Positions 1 through 9,352 of a stretch of DNA of 64,000 nucleotides are shown here, piece after piece (within the stretch, counting starts at the first letter, position 1; each line of letters begins with the position of its first letter). The position numbers and the translations under genes were made by a program. Where the stretch lies: the NCBI GenBank assembly GCA_022340465.1, contig JAJDNW010000085.1, forward strand, positions 10,134 to 74,133, written 5' to 3'. Below the pieces are notes generated by a model that made no database searches, was not told the DNA's origin, and saw nothing but the letters and a program-made list of their open reading frames with translations. This DNA is from Deltaproteobacteria bacterium. GTDB taxonomy: Bacteria; Desulfobacterota; Desulfobacteria; Desulfobacterales; B30-G6.

Positions 1-686
1 AGCGTCAGCACTGCAAAATTACCGATAACGTAGCACAAGACCGGCAGGAACATGTGATGAAAGACGTCCTTTACCTTGCCCCACAGGGTGAGCTGCGCGT
101 AATAATCCGAGATGAAGCCGGACAGGGGGAACAGATCCCACAGGCCGTCCACCGTCCCGGCAAACAGCATCTTCAGCACCATCCCGAAGGCAAAGGGCGG
201 AATGGCATACCCGACAAACACGACAATGCTCGACACGATGTCAAAGGCGTGGTCATGCCGCAGGGCTTTTACGATGCCCAGCGGAATACACACGAGATAG
301 GAAAGAACGAACCCGGTGATGCCGAACACCAGCGACACCCTGAAACGCTCTCTGATGAGCTGCCAGGCGGTCTTGTTGGGGAACCGGTAGGATGCCATGC
401 GCATGCCCAGCCGGTCCGTGACCAACCAGCGCCAGTATCGCTGGTAGAAGGGCTTGTCAAATCCGAAATGGGCTTCGATGGCTTTGCGCTGCTCCTCCGA
501 TATCGTCCCCGCCGCACCCGTTCCTCTGCCCGATTCCGACGCCCCGATACTGCGCATCTGCATGATGGCTTGTTCCACGGGTCCGCCGGGAACGAATTGA
601 ATGAGGCCGAAGCAAAGCACCGTAATCCCAAGAAAGGTGGGGATGATCAGCAAAAAGCGCCTTATGAAATAGTCGGTGTGCTCCAT
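1..686 (-). CDS. ABC transporter permease, OppB/DppB/YejB-like (5' portion; gene runs off the left edge)
   Basis: Absent from the ORF track because it is open at the window edge. The minus-strand ATG at 686 reads MEHTDYFIRRFLLIIPTFLGITVLCFGLIQFVPGGPVEQAI..FDKPFYQRYWRWL..FGITGFVLSYLVCIPLGIVKAL. I checked that the frame stays open to nt 1. The plus-strand ORF 54-860 is its antisense shadow. Confidence 0.8.
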   Translation of the reverse strand, partial: MEHTDYFIRRFLLIIPTFLGITVLCFGLIQFVPGGPVEQAIMQMRSIGASESGRGTGAAGTISEEQRKAIEAHFGFDKPFYQRYWRWLVTDRLGMRMASYRFPNKTAWQLIRERFRVSLVFGITGFVLSYLVCIPLGIVKALRHDHAFDIVSSIVVFVGYAIPPFAFGMVLKMLFAGTVDGLWDLFPLSGFISDYYAQLTLWGKVKDVFHHMFLPVLCYVIGNFAVLT

Positions 687-1084
687 GGCATTATCCTTAC
701 ATCACCGCTTGCATTTTTTCAAGGCGTCCGCCGGCGTCGAAGCACTTCATTTTTTTGTCGCCCAGTGTTGATGCTCGGCAACGACTCCGCTCTATTGTGT
801 TTGTCAGAATACCGTTCCGTACCCCCCGAGCGGGTGGCGGGTTTATTTTCAATGGTTTAAATCTACCTGAACTCTTAATATTTGAAACTCTCCAGTCTTC
901 GCTCTTTGAGTTTCGCCTGGCAAGCCCGGATTTCCGGGTTCACCGCACCTGCGGTGTCAAATGTCATCGCGCATAGACCACTATAGCGGGATAACATTTT
1001 CCTTGCATCTGCGGCAAACCCGAAAATCGCTCAATTTAGGCCTATATATGGCAAATGCTCTGACGGCGACGGCCGTAATATTCG

Positions 1085-1113
1085 TTTGAAAAAACCCGCC
1101 GGCGTGTATATAC
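1085..1113 (+). promoter_or_regulatory. sigma70-type promoter candidate for the M24 peptidase gene
   Basis: TTGAAA (1085-1090), 17-nt spacer, TATACT (1108-1113); 65 nt upstream of the ATG at 1178. Confidence 0.45.
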
Positions 1114-1115
1114 TA

Positions 1116-1161
1116 CCATTTGACTTCATCCCCCGGCGTAAGCCGCGGGATGAAGTCAAAT
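1116..1161 (+). promoter_or_regulatory. Perfect 16-bp inverted repeat in the leader (hairpin or operator)
   Basis: CATTTGACTTCATCCC (1116-1131) and GGGATGAAGTCAAATG (1146-1161), 14-nt spacer. It begins right after the predicted -10 and ends 16 nt before the start codon. Confidence 0.6.
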
Positions 1162-1177
1162 GTAAAGGGGAGTTCCT

Positions 1178-2377
1178 ATGTTCAACACCGCCGCCAACGT
1201 GCCGGCACCCGAACTGGAAACGCGTCTTACCACCATGCAGCGTCAAATGGCCGCCGCCGGCCTGGACGGTGTGCTGCTGCTGCAGCATACCGATCTTTTT
1301 TATTTCTCGGGGACCTCGCAACAGGCACACCTCTATCTGCCGGTCGAGGGCGCTCCCATCCTCATGGTTAAAAAGAACCTGCGGCGGGCTCGCGCCGAAT
1401 CGGCCATCGACACCATCATTTCCCTGAGCGGCCCCGGCCAACTGCCGGAAAGCCTGAAGAAGCACGGCTATGAGCAACCGCGCACCCTGGGCATGGAACT
1501 GGATGTGCTGCCGGCCAATCTGTACCTGCGTTATCGCCGTCTGTGGCCCGAAGCCCGCCTGCGGGACTGCTCCCCCATGATCAGAATGGTGCGTGCCGTA
1601 AAATCAGCTTATGAAATCGGTCTCATGCGCGAAGCGGCCAACCTCTCCGACCAGGTCGCCGCCTATGCCGCGACCATCATCAGGGAGGGCATGCCCGAAA
1701 TCGAATTAGCGGGCCTGCTCGAAGCGGAAGCCCGACGCCTGGGGCACCAGGGGTTGATCCGCATGCGCATGTGGGGCAGCGAAATGTTTTACGGCCATCT
1801 CATGTCGGGAGCGGCCGCCGCCGTCCCCAGCCAGCTCGCCTCCCCGACCGGCGGAGAGGCATTGAGCCCCGCCTTTGCCCAGGGGCCCGGCCGGAAGAAA
1901 GTTCAGCGCAACGAGCCCGTGCTTTTCGACTATGTGTTCGCCCACCAGGGGTACCTGGCGGACAGTACGCGCATCTACTGCCTTGGCAGCCTGCCGTCGG
2001 CACTCGCCGCCGCGCATGACGCCATGCTCGATCTCCAGGATCTCATGGCCCGCGAGGCCTGCCCCGGACGGATAAGCGGCGAGTTGTATGCCGCGGCAGA
2101 GAATTTTGTGCGGGAAAAAGGGTATGCGGACAATTTTATGGGTGGCGATGACCAGCGGGTACGATTTGTCGGGCACGGCATCGGCCTGGAAGTGGATGAA
2201 TACCCCGTCATCGCCGCCGGACAGAAGATGCCCCTTGAAGAGGGGATGGTCGTCGCCCTGGAACCCAAATTGATATTTCCCGGGCAGGGCGTGGTCGGCA
2301 TCGAAAACACCCACCTGATTACGGGCAGCGGACTGGAACGCCTCACCCGTTTCGACGACGGCATCGTCTACTTATAA
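1178..2377 (+). CDS. M24 family metallopeptidase (Xaa-Pro aminopeptidase/creatinase-like)
   Basis: 399 aa. Creatinase-type N-domain (GLDGVLLLQHTDLFYFSG) and a pita-bread catalytic domain with metal-ligand context (VLFDYV..YLADSTR, VGHGIGLEVDEYP, ALEPK, GIENT). Confidence 0.85.
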   Translation: MFNTAANVPAPELETRLTTMQRQMAAAGLDGVLLLQHTDLFYFSGTSQQAHLYLPVEGAPILMVKKNLRRARAESAIDTIISLSGPGQLPESLKKHGYEQPRTLGMELDVLPANLYLRYRRLWPEARLRDCSPMIRMVRAVKSAYEIGLMREAANLSDQVAAYAATIIREGMPEIELAGLLEAEARRLGHQGLIRMRMWGSEMFYGHLMSGAAAAVPSQLASPTGGEALSPAFAQGPGRKKVQRNEPVLFDYVFAHQGYLADSTRIYCLGSLPSALAAAHDAMLDLQDLMAREACPGRISGELYAAAENFVREKGYADNFMGGDDQRVRFVGHGIGLEVDEYPVIAAGQKMPLEEGMVVALEPKLIFPGQGVVGIENTHLITGSGLERLTRFDDGIVYL

Positions 2378-2517
2378 ATGTGAGATGTGAAACGGAAAAT
2401 GTATGGCGCGCCGTTCGATGTTCAATGTTGGATGTTCATGACCTCCGCTCTCCGACCTCTGATCTCTAGGGCCTTACCCTCGGATCCGTATAGGCAACCA
2501 TTCACGGGAGTGGACAC

Positions 2518-2551
2518 AAAAACACCCCCGGGTCATGCTGACCAGGGGGTG
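2518..2551 (-). terminator. Intrinsic terminator after rpsI (possibly bidirectional)
   Basis: Stem CACCCCCGGG/CCAGGGGGTG with one mismatch and a 9-nt loop. On the minus strand it is followed by UUUUU (A-run 2518-2522). Lies between the convergent M24 peptidase gene and rpsI. Confidence 0.6.
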
Positions 2552-2598
2552 CTTTGATGTTGCGAATATGGAACGGTGTCGATACGTCGGCCGGGCGG

Positions 2599-2994
2599 TT
2601 ACCGCTTGGAGAACTGGTACCTTGCGCGTGCGCCTTTCTGACCGTACTTTTTACGTTCTTTCACTCTGGAATCCCGGCGGACAAAGCCGGCACGTTTCAG
2701 CGACTGCCTCAAATCCGGGTCTGCCATCATGAGCGCCCGGGTAATGCCGTGACGAATGGCGCCGGCTTGGCCTGAGATGCCGCCGCCGATCACCTTGATC
2801 TTGATGTCGTAGCTGTCGCGGGTATTGGTCAGGACCAGGGGTTGCAGCATGATGGTTTTGGCCGTACCCACCCTGAAATAATCATCGAGTTCACGGTTGT
2901 TCACGGTGATCGCACCGCTGCCGGGCTTCATCCACGTGCGGGCAATAGCCGTCTTCCTTTTTCCAGTAGCGTAATAAATGTTTTCTTCTGCCAT
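2599..2994 (-). CDS. rpsI: 30S ribosomal protein S9
   Basis: 131 aa; [48 protein letters not shown]. Confidence 0.97.
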   Translation of the reverse strand: MAEENIYYATGKRKTAIARTWMKPGSGAITVNNRELDDYFRVGTAKTIMLQPLVLTNTRDSYDIKIKVIGGGISGQAGAIRHGITRALMMADPDLRQSLKRAGFVRRDSRVKERKKYGQKGARARYQFSKR

Positions 2995-3087
2995 GCGCTT
3001 CCTCTATTTATCTTTCATTTCCGGTTGTCTGCGTCGAGACCCTCGTCGCCTTCCGGTTGCACCGAAGGGCTGCAGGCGCCTCCAATC

Positions 3088-3525
3088 CTAATTAAGAATC
3101 AGGGCTTCGGGCTTCTGGGCTTCATGGGGATGATCTCCCCCGGCGTAAACCTTCAATTTTTTAATCAATGTCCGCCCGAGTCTGTTTTTGGGCAGCATGC
3201 CCTTGACGGCATATCGAATCAAGTCTTCCGGGCGTTTTTCCAGCAGTTTCCTGGCGGTGATCTCTTTCAGGCCGCCGATGTATCCGCTGTGATGGTAATA
3301 TTTCTTCTGCGCCCATTTTTTCCCGGTCAAGACGATTTTTTCGGCGTTGACCACGATGACCGCGTCACCCGAGTCCACATGCGGCGTAAACATGGGGTTG
3401 TGCTTTCCCCGGAGCCTTGCGGCAATCTGCGTGGCCAGCCTCCCGAGGACGGCTCCCTCGGCATCCACAAGCCACCATTTTTCATCGATGTCGGCATTCT
3501 TCGCGCTGTATGTATACTTTTTCAC
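3088..3525 (-). CDS. rplM: 50S ribosomal protein L13
   Basis: 145 aa; [39 protein letters not shown]..; canonical rplM-rpsI pair. Confidence 0.97.
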   Translation of the reverse strand: MKKYTYSAKNADIDEKWWLVDAEGAVLGRLATQIAARLRGKHNPMFTPHVDSGDAVIVVNAEKIVLTGKKWAQKKYYHHSGYIGGLKEITARKLLEKRPEDLIRYAVKGMLPKNRLGRTLIKKLKVYAGGDHPHEAQKPEALILN

Positions 3526-3623
3526 TATTTCTCTCCCCTGATAAAAGAATCCGTGTATTTAAATAATATTTCCCGGCCTGTCAAGGGTTTTTTTCGGTTA
3601 TATTCCGGGATGAATGGTGCAAA

Positions 3624-3665
3624 CCGTGAAAGGTAAAACGAGCAGCCCGCCTCACGTCTAACGTC
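3624..3665. repeat. CGTGA-word low-complexity module
   Basis: CCGTGAAAGGTAAAACGAG..CCTCACGTCTAACGTC. The 13-mer CACGTCTAACGTC (3653-3665) is identical to 60261-60273. Confidence 0.6.
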
Positions 3666-3716
3666 ATAGAATTCCCATAACTGTGAGGCGTGTATTTCAT
3701 ACACCTTAACCCAGCG

Positions 3717-3805
3717 GCGCAAGGCCCAAGGCGTATGGCGCAAGGAAGTTTCAGGGCATCGTTCTTTGTGGGTTCTTCGCCTTGAGCCCTACGCCTTACG
3801 CCTTA
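3717..3805. repeat. GCGCCTTACGCC-word imperfect palindrome
   Basis: GCGCAAGGCCCAAGGCGTATGGCGCAAGG faces CGCCTTGAGCCCTACGCCTTACGCCTTA. The 18-mer AAGGCGTATGGCGCAAGG (3728-3745) is identical to 39536-39553. Confidence 0.6.
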
Positions 3806-3841
3806 TTGACACCCTCCAGGCTTTATAATATTCACGGTAAT

Positions 3842-4459
3842 ATGGGTACCCTCGAAATCGAAGTCAAATTCTTTTTGCCGCATCCTGAAATCTCACGCAA
3901 GCTCCTGGCGCGAAACGGCGCCGAGTCCCGCGGCCGTTTTTTCGAGCACAACATCTGTTTCGAAAATGCGGCCGGCGACCTTCGTCGAAACGAATCGCTC
4001 TTGAGACTTCGAAAAGACGACATCACAACGCTTACATACAAAGCGAAACCAGCGTTTACCGACAACGATTTCAAGGTATTGACCGAACACGAGGTGGAAG
4101 TCAGCGACGTTGACACCATGCTGGACATTCTTCGCGCCCTGGGATTTTACCCCGAGCAAGTGTATGAAAAATATCGCGAATCCTTCGCCCTGGCTTCTTC
4201 GACCGTGTGCCTGGACAGCATGCCGTTCGGAGATTTTCTCGAAATCGAGGGCCCCAGGGAGGACATCCGGAAGCTGGCCGGGCAGTTGGAGATGCATTGG
4301 TCACGCCGTATTCTCCTCAATTACCGGGCCATGTTCGACGTCATCAGAGAGGCGTTGGATCTTCCGTTCACAGATATAACCTTCGACAATTTCAAAGGTG
4401 TGGCATTGGATATCGAGGCTTTTTTGCCCGGCTTCGAAGCCGGCCAAAAGCAGATGTAG
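3842..4459 (+). CDS. CYTH domain protein (class IV adenylate cyclase / triphosphatase family)
   Basis: N-terminal EIEVKF (ExExK) signature, LRLRKDD, EHEVEV. I prefer the ATG at 3842 (MGTLEIEVKF) to the track's TTG at 3782. Confidence 0.8.
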   Translation: MGTLEIEVKFFLPHPEISRKLLARNGAESRGRFFEHNICFENAAGDLRRNESLLRLRKDDITTLTYKAKPAFTDNDFKVLTEHEVEVSDVDTMLDILRALGFYPEQVYEKYRESFALASSTVCLDSMPFGDFLEIEGPREDIRKLAGQLEMHWSRRILLNYRAMFDVIREALDLPFTDITFDNFKGVALDIEAFLPGFEAGQKQM

Positions 4460-4490
4460 AAGATGCATAGCGCCGTCGGGTGGGTCAACA

Positions 4491-4886
4491 TCAAGGTTGG
4501 GGGCATGCCACCTCGCCGTTCAACACCCCCCCGGCCTCCACCGTCAAATCCCTGCATGATATGTTGCCCCGGCAACGGCCGGTGGGCAGGATGACCAGCT
4601 TCTGCGTGACCCTCAGGGTGCCGTCGAATTGACCGCCGATGGTGATGATCGATACGGTGGCATCCGCGTGAACGGCGCCATCTTCGGCAATAATCACCTC
4701 ATCCCCGTTGAGGTTTCCCTTGACGGCTCCTTTGACGACCAATTGGCCGCTGCAAGACACGGATCCCTCCACGGTCAATCCCCTGTCGATAATGGAAATG
4801 CTTTTGGATTTATTTTTCAATACCTTCTCCTGATATGGCACGACAGCCGCGTTTACCGAAAAATGCGCAGCATTTTTCAAGGGCAT
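4491..4886 (-). CDS. Bactofilin (DUF583 polymer-forming cytoskeletal protein)
   Basis: 131 aa of beta-helix repeats: IIDRGLTVEGSVSCSGQLVVKGAVKGNLNGDEVIIAEDGAVHADATVSIITIGGQFDGTLRV..LVILPTGRCRGNISCRDLTVEAGGVLNGEV. Confidence 0.85.
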   Translation of the reverse strand: MPLKNAAHFSVNAAVVPYQEKVLKNKSKSISIIDRGLTVEGSVSCSGQLVVKGAVKGNLNGDEVIIAEDGAVHADATVSIITIGGQFDGTLRVTQKLVILPTGRCRGNISCRDLTVEAGGVLNGEVACPQP

Positions 4887-5752
4887 ATCTCCGTCTGCGC
4901 GTCCAGGGAATAATCCCTTTCCATGAGCAATGCGCCTTCCTCGGTATAGGTATAGATGGTAGCGCTGTGCAAAGGCCCCTTTAGCTTGGATTCCGCAACC
5001 CTGTAATTCAGCGTGCGAAAATTGTAAATACGAAACCGCTTCCCGCTTTCACCCGATGGCCTCAAGTCGTGAAGGGGAACGTTCGGCAGCACGATCCAGT
5101 CTTCAGGGTTCATGTCATTGTTCTTCAGAACGATCACCGAGCGTCCGGTTACCCGCGTATGCTTCGGCCCCACGTTGACTACCTTGTAAGCGACCCGAAT
5201 AAATTCGGCGTGGGGATCACGGCAAACCACCAGGTCGCGGTTGGCGATGGTGACCGGCGGTGGGGGCGTTGGATCGATTTCCGGGTCTGCCGCCTGTTCG
5301 GCCTTCTCCGTGGACGTTGGCGGCGTGGATTGTTTTTCGGCGGTGCTTTCGGCCGGGCCGGCATTCTCTCCGGCGATCCCCCCTGCTTCGGCGGTCGCCG
5401 GAGAAGCGGCTTTTTCCTTATTGGGCGCGTCCCCGCCCTGCAGGGCTTTGAGCCTGGATTCGAGGATGACCTGCCGCGCCAGCATCTGCTCCTTCTCCCT
5501 TTTGAGGCTCTCGTTCTGCGCTTCCAGAGCCGCCGTGCCCCGCTCCAGGGCCCTGATCTCCTCCAGGCGATGCCAATTTTGATGCTGAAGAAAAAAGAGG
5601 GTCACCGCCAGGGCGATCAGCACGCATAAAGACCCGGCCACCACCCCTTTGAAATGCCTGACGGTGAACACCTTCCCGTCTTCCCCGATGAACATGATAT
5701 TCCATTTTTTTCTTTTGTAGCCGGCCCTGTCGGCTCCTGATGACTTGTTCAT
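4877..5752 (-). CDS. Membrane-anchored coiled-coil protein, overlaps the bactofilin gene by 10 nt
   Basis: 291 aa. Basic cytoplasmic head (KRKKWNIMFIGEDGKVFTVRHF), one TM (VVAGSLCVLIALAVTLFFL), a heptad coiled coil, a Pro/Ala/Thr linker and a ~130-aa beta-rich C-terminal domain. No catalytic motif seen. Confidence 0.6.
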   Translation of the reverse strand: MNKSSGADRAGYKRKKWNIMFIGEDGKVFTVRHFKGVVAGSLCVLIALAVTLFFLQHQNWHRLEEIRALERGTAALEAQNESLKREKEQMLARQVILESRLKALQGGDAPNKEKAASPATAEAGGIAGENAGPAESTAEKQSTPPTSTEKAEQAADPEIDPTPPPPVTIANRDLVVCRDPHAEFIRVAYKVVNVGPKHTRVTGRSVIVLKNNDMNPEDWIVLPNVPLHDLRPSGESGKRFRIYNFRTLNYRVAESKLKGPLHSATIYTYTEEGALLMERDYSLDAQTEICP

Positions 5753-5811
5753 GCTGGGTATTCTATTTGGCTTTCGATTAGCGGGGTTCCTACCCCCCTG
5801 TAGCGGGCGGA

Positions 5812-6882
5812 TTAAAAAAGCGTTTCCTGCACTGCGATTCCCAGATGCTTGTAAGCGGCCGCCGACGTCTTTCGCCCGGATGCCGTCCGCACGACAAGCC
5901 CCGTTTTCAAAAGGTATGGCTCGACAACGTCAACCAGGGTGTCGGTCTCCTCCTGAAGCGTTGCCGCAATCGCATCGATGCCCACAGGCCCGCCCTTGTA
6001 GTATTCGATTATTGTCCGCAGGTATTTGCGATCCAAACGGGTCAACCCCATCACATCCACGCCTTCCAGCGAGAGTGCGGCCTCGACAATATCCCCGGCA
6101 ATGAAGCCGTCGCCTTTTACCTGGGCGTAATCCCTGACGCGCTTGAGCAGGCGGTTGACGATCCTGGGGGTTCCCCGGGAACGCCTGGACAACTCGGCTG
6201 CAGCGGGATCGTCAATGCCGATGTCCAGCAATCTGGCCGAGCGTGTCGCGATTTTCACCAGCTCCGGCTCCGCGTAAAAATCGAGATTCCGCAACAGTCC
6301 AAACCGGTCCCGCAGGGGCGACGACAGCAATCCGACCCTCGTCGTGGCCCCCACCAAGGTAAACCGGTTGAGTCGATACCGGTGACTCCTGGCATGAATG
6401 CCCTTGTCGAACACGAAATCCACGGCAAAATCTTCCATGGCCGGGTAGAGGAATTCCTCCACGGCTTTGGGTATGCGGTGGATTTCATCCACGAACAGGA
6501 TGTCGCCCTCCTCCAGGTGCGTCAGCATGCCGATGAGATCGCCGCCCTTCTCCAGCGCCGGGCCCGAAGTCGTGGTCAGGCGGCTGCCCATCTCGTTGGC
6601 GATGATATGTGCCAGGGTCGTTTTGCCCAATCCCGGCGGACCGTGAAACAGGACATGATCCATGGTTTCCTGTCGTTTATGGGCCGCCTCGATCGCGATG
6701 TGCAGCGTGTCCACGACCTCTGTTTGGCCGATGTACTCGGACAGGCTTTCAGGCCTCAGGGAAAGGATTTCCGTTTCCTCGTCGGACGGCAGCCGTGATC
6801 CGGACACGATCTCCCGGTCCACCAAACCGCTTTTGAATTCCTCTGGCTGGCCGCCGGAATCAGCTGGTTGTTTTTCCGACAT
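5812..6882 (-). CDS. ruvB: Holliday junction branch migration helicase RuvB
   Basis: [12 protein letters not shown], Walker [17 protein letters not shown], winged-helix C-terminus. Confidence 0.97.
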   Translation of the reverse strand: MSEKQPADSGGQPEEFKSGLVDREIVSGSRLPSDEETEILSLRPESLSEYIGQTEVVDTLHIAIEAAHKRQETMDHVLFHGPPGLGKTTLAHIIANEMGSRLTTTSGPALEKGGDLIGMLTHLEEGDILFVDEIHRIPKAVEEFLYPAMEDFAVDFVFDKGIHARSHRYRLNRFTLVGATTRVGLLSSPLRDRFGLLRNLDFYAEPELVKIATRSARLLDIGIDDPAAAELSRRSRGTPRIVNRLLKRVRDYAQVKGDGFIAGDIVEAALSLEGVDVMGLTRLDRKYLRTIIEYYKGGPVGIDAIAATLQEETDTLVDVVEPYLLKTGLVVRTASGRKTSAAAYKHLGIAVQETLF

Positions 6883-6900
6883 TATCGATACCTTTACTCC

Positions 6901-7518
6901 TTACATCCCCCGCTGCACCCGGTACACCTCTTCGAACAGCTCTTCCGGGGTTGTGATGGCGCGGTTGTTTTGTATGGCTCGGTTCACCAGTTGCCGGGCC
7001 TCCGTCAATTTATGCCCCAGCTGCCTGACCAGCACGTCGATCACCTGTCGTTCCACCTCTTCGGTTACCGCCGGTTCTCGTTCTGCCGCCTCCCGCACCA
7101 GGGCGAACCTGCCCATCTTGCCCTTGAGGGTGGCGATGATTTTCTGGGCCGTCCGGTTCCCGATCCCTTTCATGGTCTTTAATTTGTCGACATCACCCGC
7201 TTCTATGTAAGCGGCGACATCGCCAATAGGCTGCGTCAGGGCTCTGGCCGCTTTGAGGGGACCGATGGCCTCAACAGATATAAACAACTGGAAAAACGCT
7301 TTTTCGAGTTCATGGTTGAACCCGATCAGCACCGGTTTGGGTTGCCGCTCCGTCTGCTGGTAGTAAATATGGAGCGACACCTCCTCGCCGATCTGCTTAC
7401 CGCTGAAGGCGTTCATGACGAATACCGGCAGGAGGACTTCGTACCCCACCTGGTTCGCCAGCAAAAGAATGCCATCCCCCTCCCTGCTGAGCAGCTTTCC
7501 TTCCAGATAGCCTATCAT
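6901..7518 (-). CDS. ruvA: Holliday junction DNA-binding protein RuvA
   Basis: MIGYLEGKL.., HhH region LKTMKGIGNRTAQKII; sits between ruvC and ruvB. Confidence 0.95.
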   Translation of the reverse strand: MIGYLEGKLLSREGDGILLLANQVGYEVLLPVFVMNAFSGKQIGEEVSLHIYYQQTERQPKPVLIGFNHELEKAFFQLFISVEAIGPLKAARALTQPIGDVAAYIEAGDVDKLKTMKGIGNRTAQKIIATLKGKMGRFALVREAAEREPAVTEEVERQVIDVLVRQLGHKLTEARQLVNRAIQNNRAITTPEELFEEVYRVQRGM

Positions 7519-7572
7519 CGCAACCGATTACTCCATTTACAGATATAAACGCTACATTCCAATATCAAAAGC

Positions 7573-7642
7573 TGTGTTGATGGTGTTTGTTGTGTTCTTT
7601 GTGTTTGTTGCGTGACCCGCCAACCCAACAGACCCGCTAACC
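7573..7642. repeat. GT-word / CA-word strand-asymmetric module
   Basis: A 42-nt arm that is almost only G and T (TGTGTTGATGGTGTTTGTTGTGTTCTTTGTGTTTGTTGCGTG) abuts a C/A arm (ACCCGCCAACCCAACAGACCCGCTAACCC). It shares CGCTAACCC with 25194-25202. Confidence 0.5.
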
Positions 7643-8122
7643 CTAGTGTCGATACCGATACAACCCCACCAGCGCCAGACCCAGCGCGTCCGAGGCGTGG
7701 TCGGGCCGGATAGGCTCCGTGAGCTTCAGCTTTCTCCTGACGGCCTGCTCCAATTGTGACTTCCCGGCATTGCCGTTTCCGGTCAGAATCTTTTTGACTT
7801 CGCGGACGGACACTTCGGATACAGGCACACCGCACTGACAGCCTGCCAGCAGGATGACTCCGGTCACTTTTCCCAGCGTGATACCCGATTTCGGATATTG
7901 GCTGAGCGAAAAGATGTCCTCGACTACCATTTGGTCTGGTTTTTCATCGTTGAGGATGGAATGCAGCCTGGTGTAAATTCTCGTGAGACGACCCGGCAGG
8001 GATGACCCTTTGGACGTTCTGACCGTTCCATACGCGTATGCCTTCACCTTCAACCCTTCTCCGGAGACGATCCCTATTCCTGTATCAGACAACCCTGGGT
8101 CTATGCCGATGATTTTGATCAT
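7643..8122 (-). CDS. ruvC: Crossover junction endodeoxyribonuclease RuvC
   Basis: Start moved to the ATG at 8122 (MIKIIGIDPGLSDTGIGIV, canonical RuvC N-terminus with the catalytic Asp). The track ORF extends 50 codons upstream without support. Confidence 0.93.
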   Translation of the reverse strand: MIKIIGIDPGLSDTGIGIVSGEGLKVKAYAYGTVRTSKGSSLPGRLTRIYTRLHSILNDEKPDQMVVEDIFSLSQYPKSGITLGKVTGVILLAGCQCGVPVSEVSVREVKKILTGNGNAGKSQLEQAVRRKLKLTEPIRPDHASDALGLALVGLYRYRH

Positions 8123-8307
8123 GCAGGACTGAACACCCCCGGTAAGAAATTTGTCTCCCCGGCCCTGAGGTTGCAGAGGCCTGAGGAGACCAGCGTCAAG
8201 GCGTCCGAGATAATCAGCGATCTCCGGCAAAGCCGATCGCTTGTGAAGGGAGTTGCCATGTCGTTTATGCAACGTTTAGGTCTACGCGAACACAGGAAGT
8301 ATGAAGG

Positions 8308-9231
8308 TCAGGGAATTTCCTTCAGTTTCTGGACAGCGATCTTCCCCTCGTTGGTCTGGGGATATTTTTTGGCCAACTCTTTCAGAATCAGCCGCGCATT
8401 GGCTTTGTCCCCCAGTGAGAGGAAAGCGAATCCCTGTTTCAGTAGGGCCGCCGGCACTTTGTTCCCTTTGGGGTAGTTCTCGATAACTTTTTGATACTCG
8501 AGAATGGCCTTTTCATACCACTTCTCGCGGTAGTAAATCTCGCCGATCCAGAATTGCGCATTGTCGGCGTCTTGGGACTTGGGAAACTCCTTTATAATCT
8601 TTGCGAACCCGGCCCCGGCAGTCTCGAAATCACCCTGGTCGAAGGACTGCTTGGAGGAGGCATACAGATCGTCGGCCGACAGTTTTTTTTCACCGCCACC
8701 GGTTTCAGGGGGCAGCCGGCTTCCGACCGTTTCCTCCTTCAGGTTCAAATACTGTTCTATATATTGGACACGCGTTTCCAGCTTGCCGAGGTCCTGTGCC
8801 ATTTTTTCGATCTTGGTCTGGATGTTCCTGCCGAGTTGTTCATTGGTGTCCAGCCGCTGGTTGAACGTGAATGACGTTTCATCGAGGTTGCCGCGAACGG
8901 CCTGGAGGTCGTCCCTGAGCTCGACGATGTTCGCATTGATGCCGGCATACTGGGCCCTCAGCTTCTGATTCTCCTGTTCATGCTTTGAATCGCTTTTCGA
9001 AATCTCTTCCTGAAGGGCGGCATTGTCCCGCTCCAAAGCTTTACTGCTGCGTCGATCCTGCGCGAGCATCGCATCATAATCGTCTTCAAGCTTACTGGTC
9101 TTCCGGTCCAGTTCATGGCCCAGCTTTTCCATCCTGGCCAAGCGCTGGTCCAGTATAATGACGTCATCCTGGTGGGCACACCCCCAAACGACGATCAGAC
9201 AAACAGCGGTGAAAAAGAGTCTCTTCGGCAT
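8308..9231 (-). CDS. cpoB: Tol-Pal system protein CpoB/YbgF
   Basis: Signal peptide, long coiled coil, C-terminal TPR block (FPKSQDADNAQFWIGEIYYREKWYEKAILEYQKVIENYPKGNKVPAALLKQG); last gene of the tol-pal cluster. Confidence 0.85.
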   Translation of the reverse strand: MPKRLFFTAVCLIVVWGCAHQDDVIILDQRLARMEKLGHELDRKTSKLEDDYDAMLAQDRRSSKALERDNAALQEEISKSDSKHEQENQKLRAQYAGINANIVELRDDLQAVRGNLDETSFTFNQRLDTNEQLGRNIQTKIEKMAQDLGKLETRVQYIEQYLNLKEETVGSRLPPETGGGEKKLSADDLYASSKQSFDQGDFETAGAGFAKIIKEFPKSQDADNAQFWIGEIYYREKWYEKAILEYQKVIENYPKGNKVPAALLKQGFAFLSLGDKANARLILKELAKKYPQTNEGKIAVQKLKEIP

Positions 9232-9352
9232 AGGTCTCCTATGGTTCTCTCAATTGCAAAAAGGGCAAGCAGCGGCCGCGCCACTGCTTGCCCACATGGA
9301 TTGAAAACCACATCAGAAACGTTAATCAATTCAATTTGTTGTACAATCCAGT

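Noticed and set aside
54-860. 268-aa plus-strand ORF at the left edge
   Set aside because: It is antisense to a well-supported ABC permease reading frame (1-686, minus strand). Its composition is the H/R/G/P-rich pattern typical of shadow ORFs in high-GC DNA.
3525-3743. 72-aa minus-strand ORF upstream of rplM
   Set aside because: It runs through the word-repeat modules (3624-3745) in the rplM promoter region and has no RBS or homology signal.
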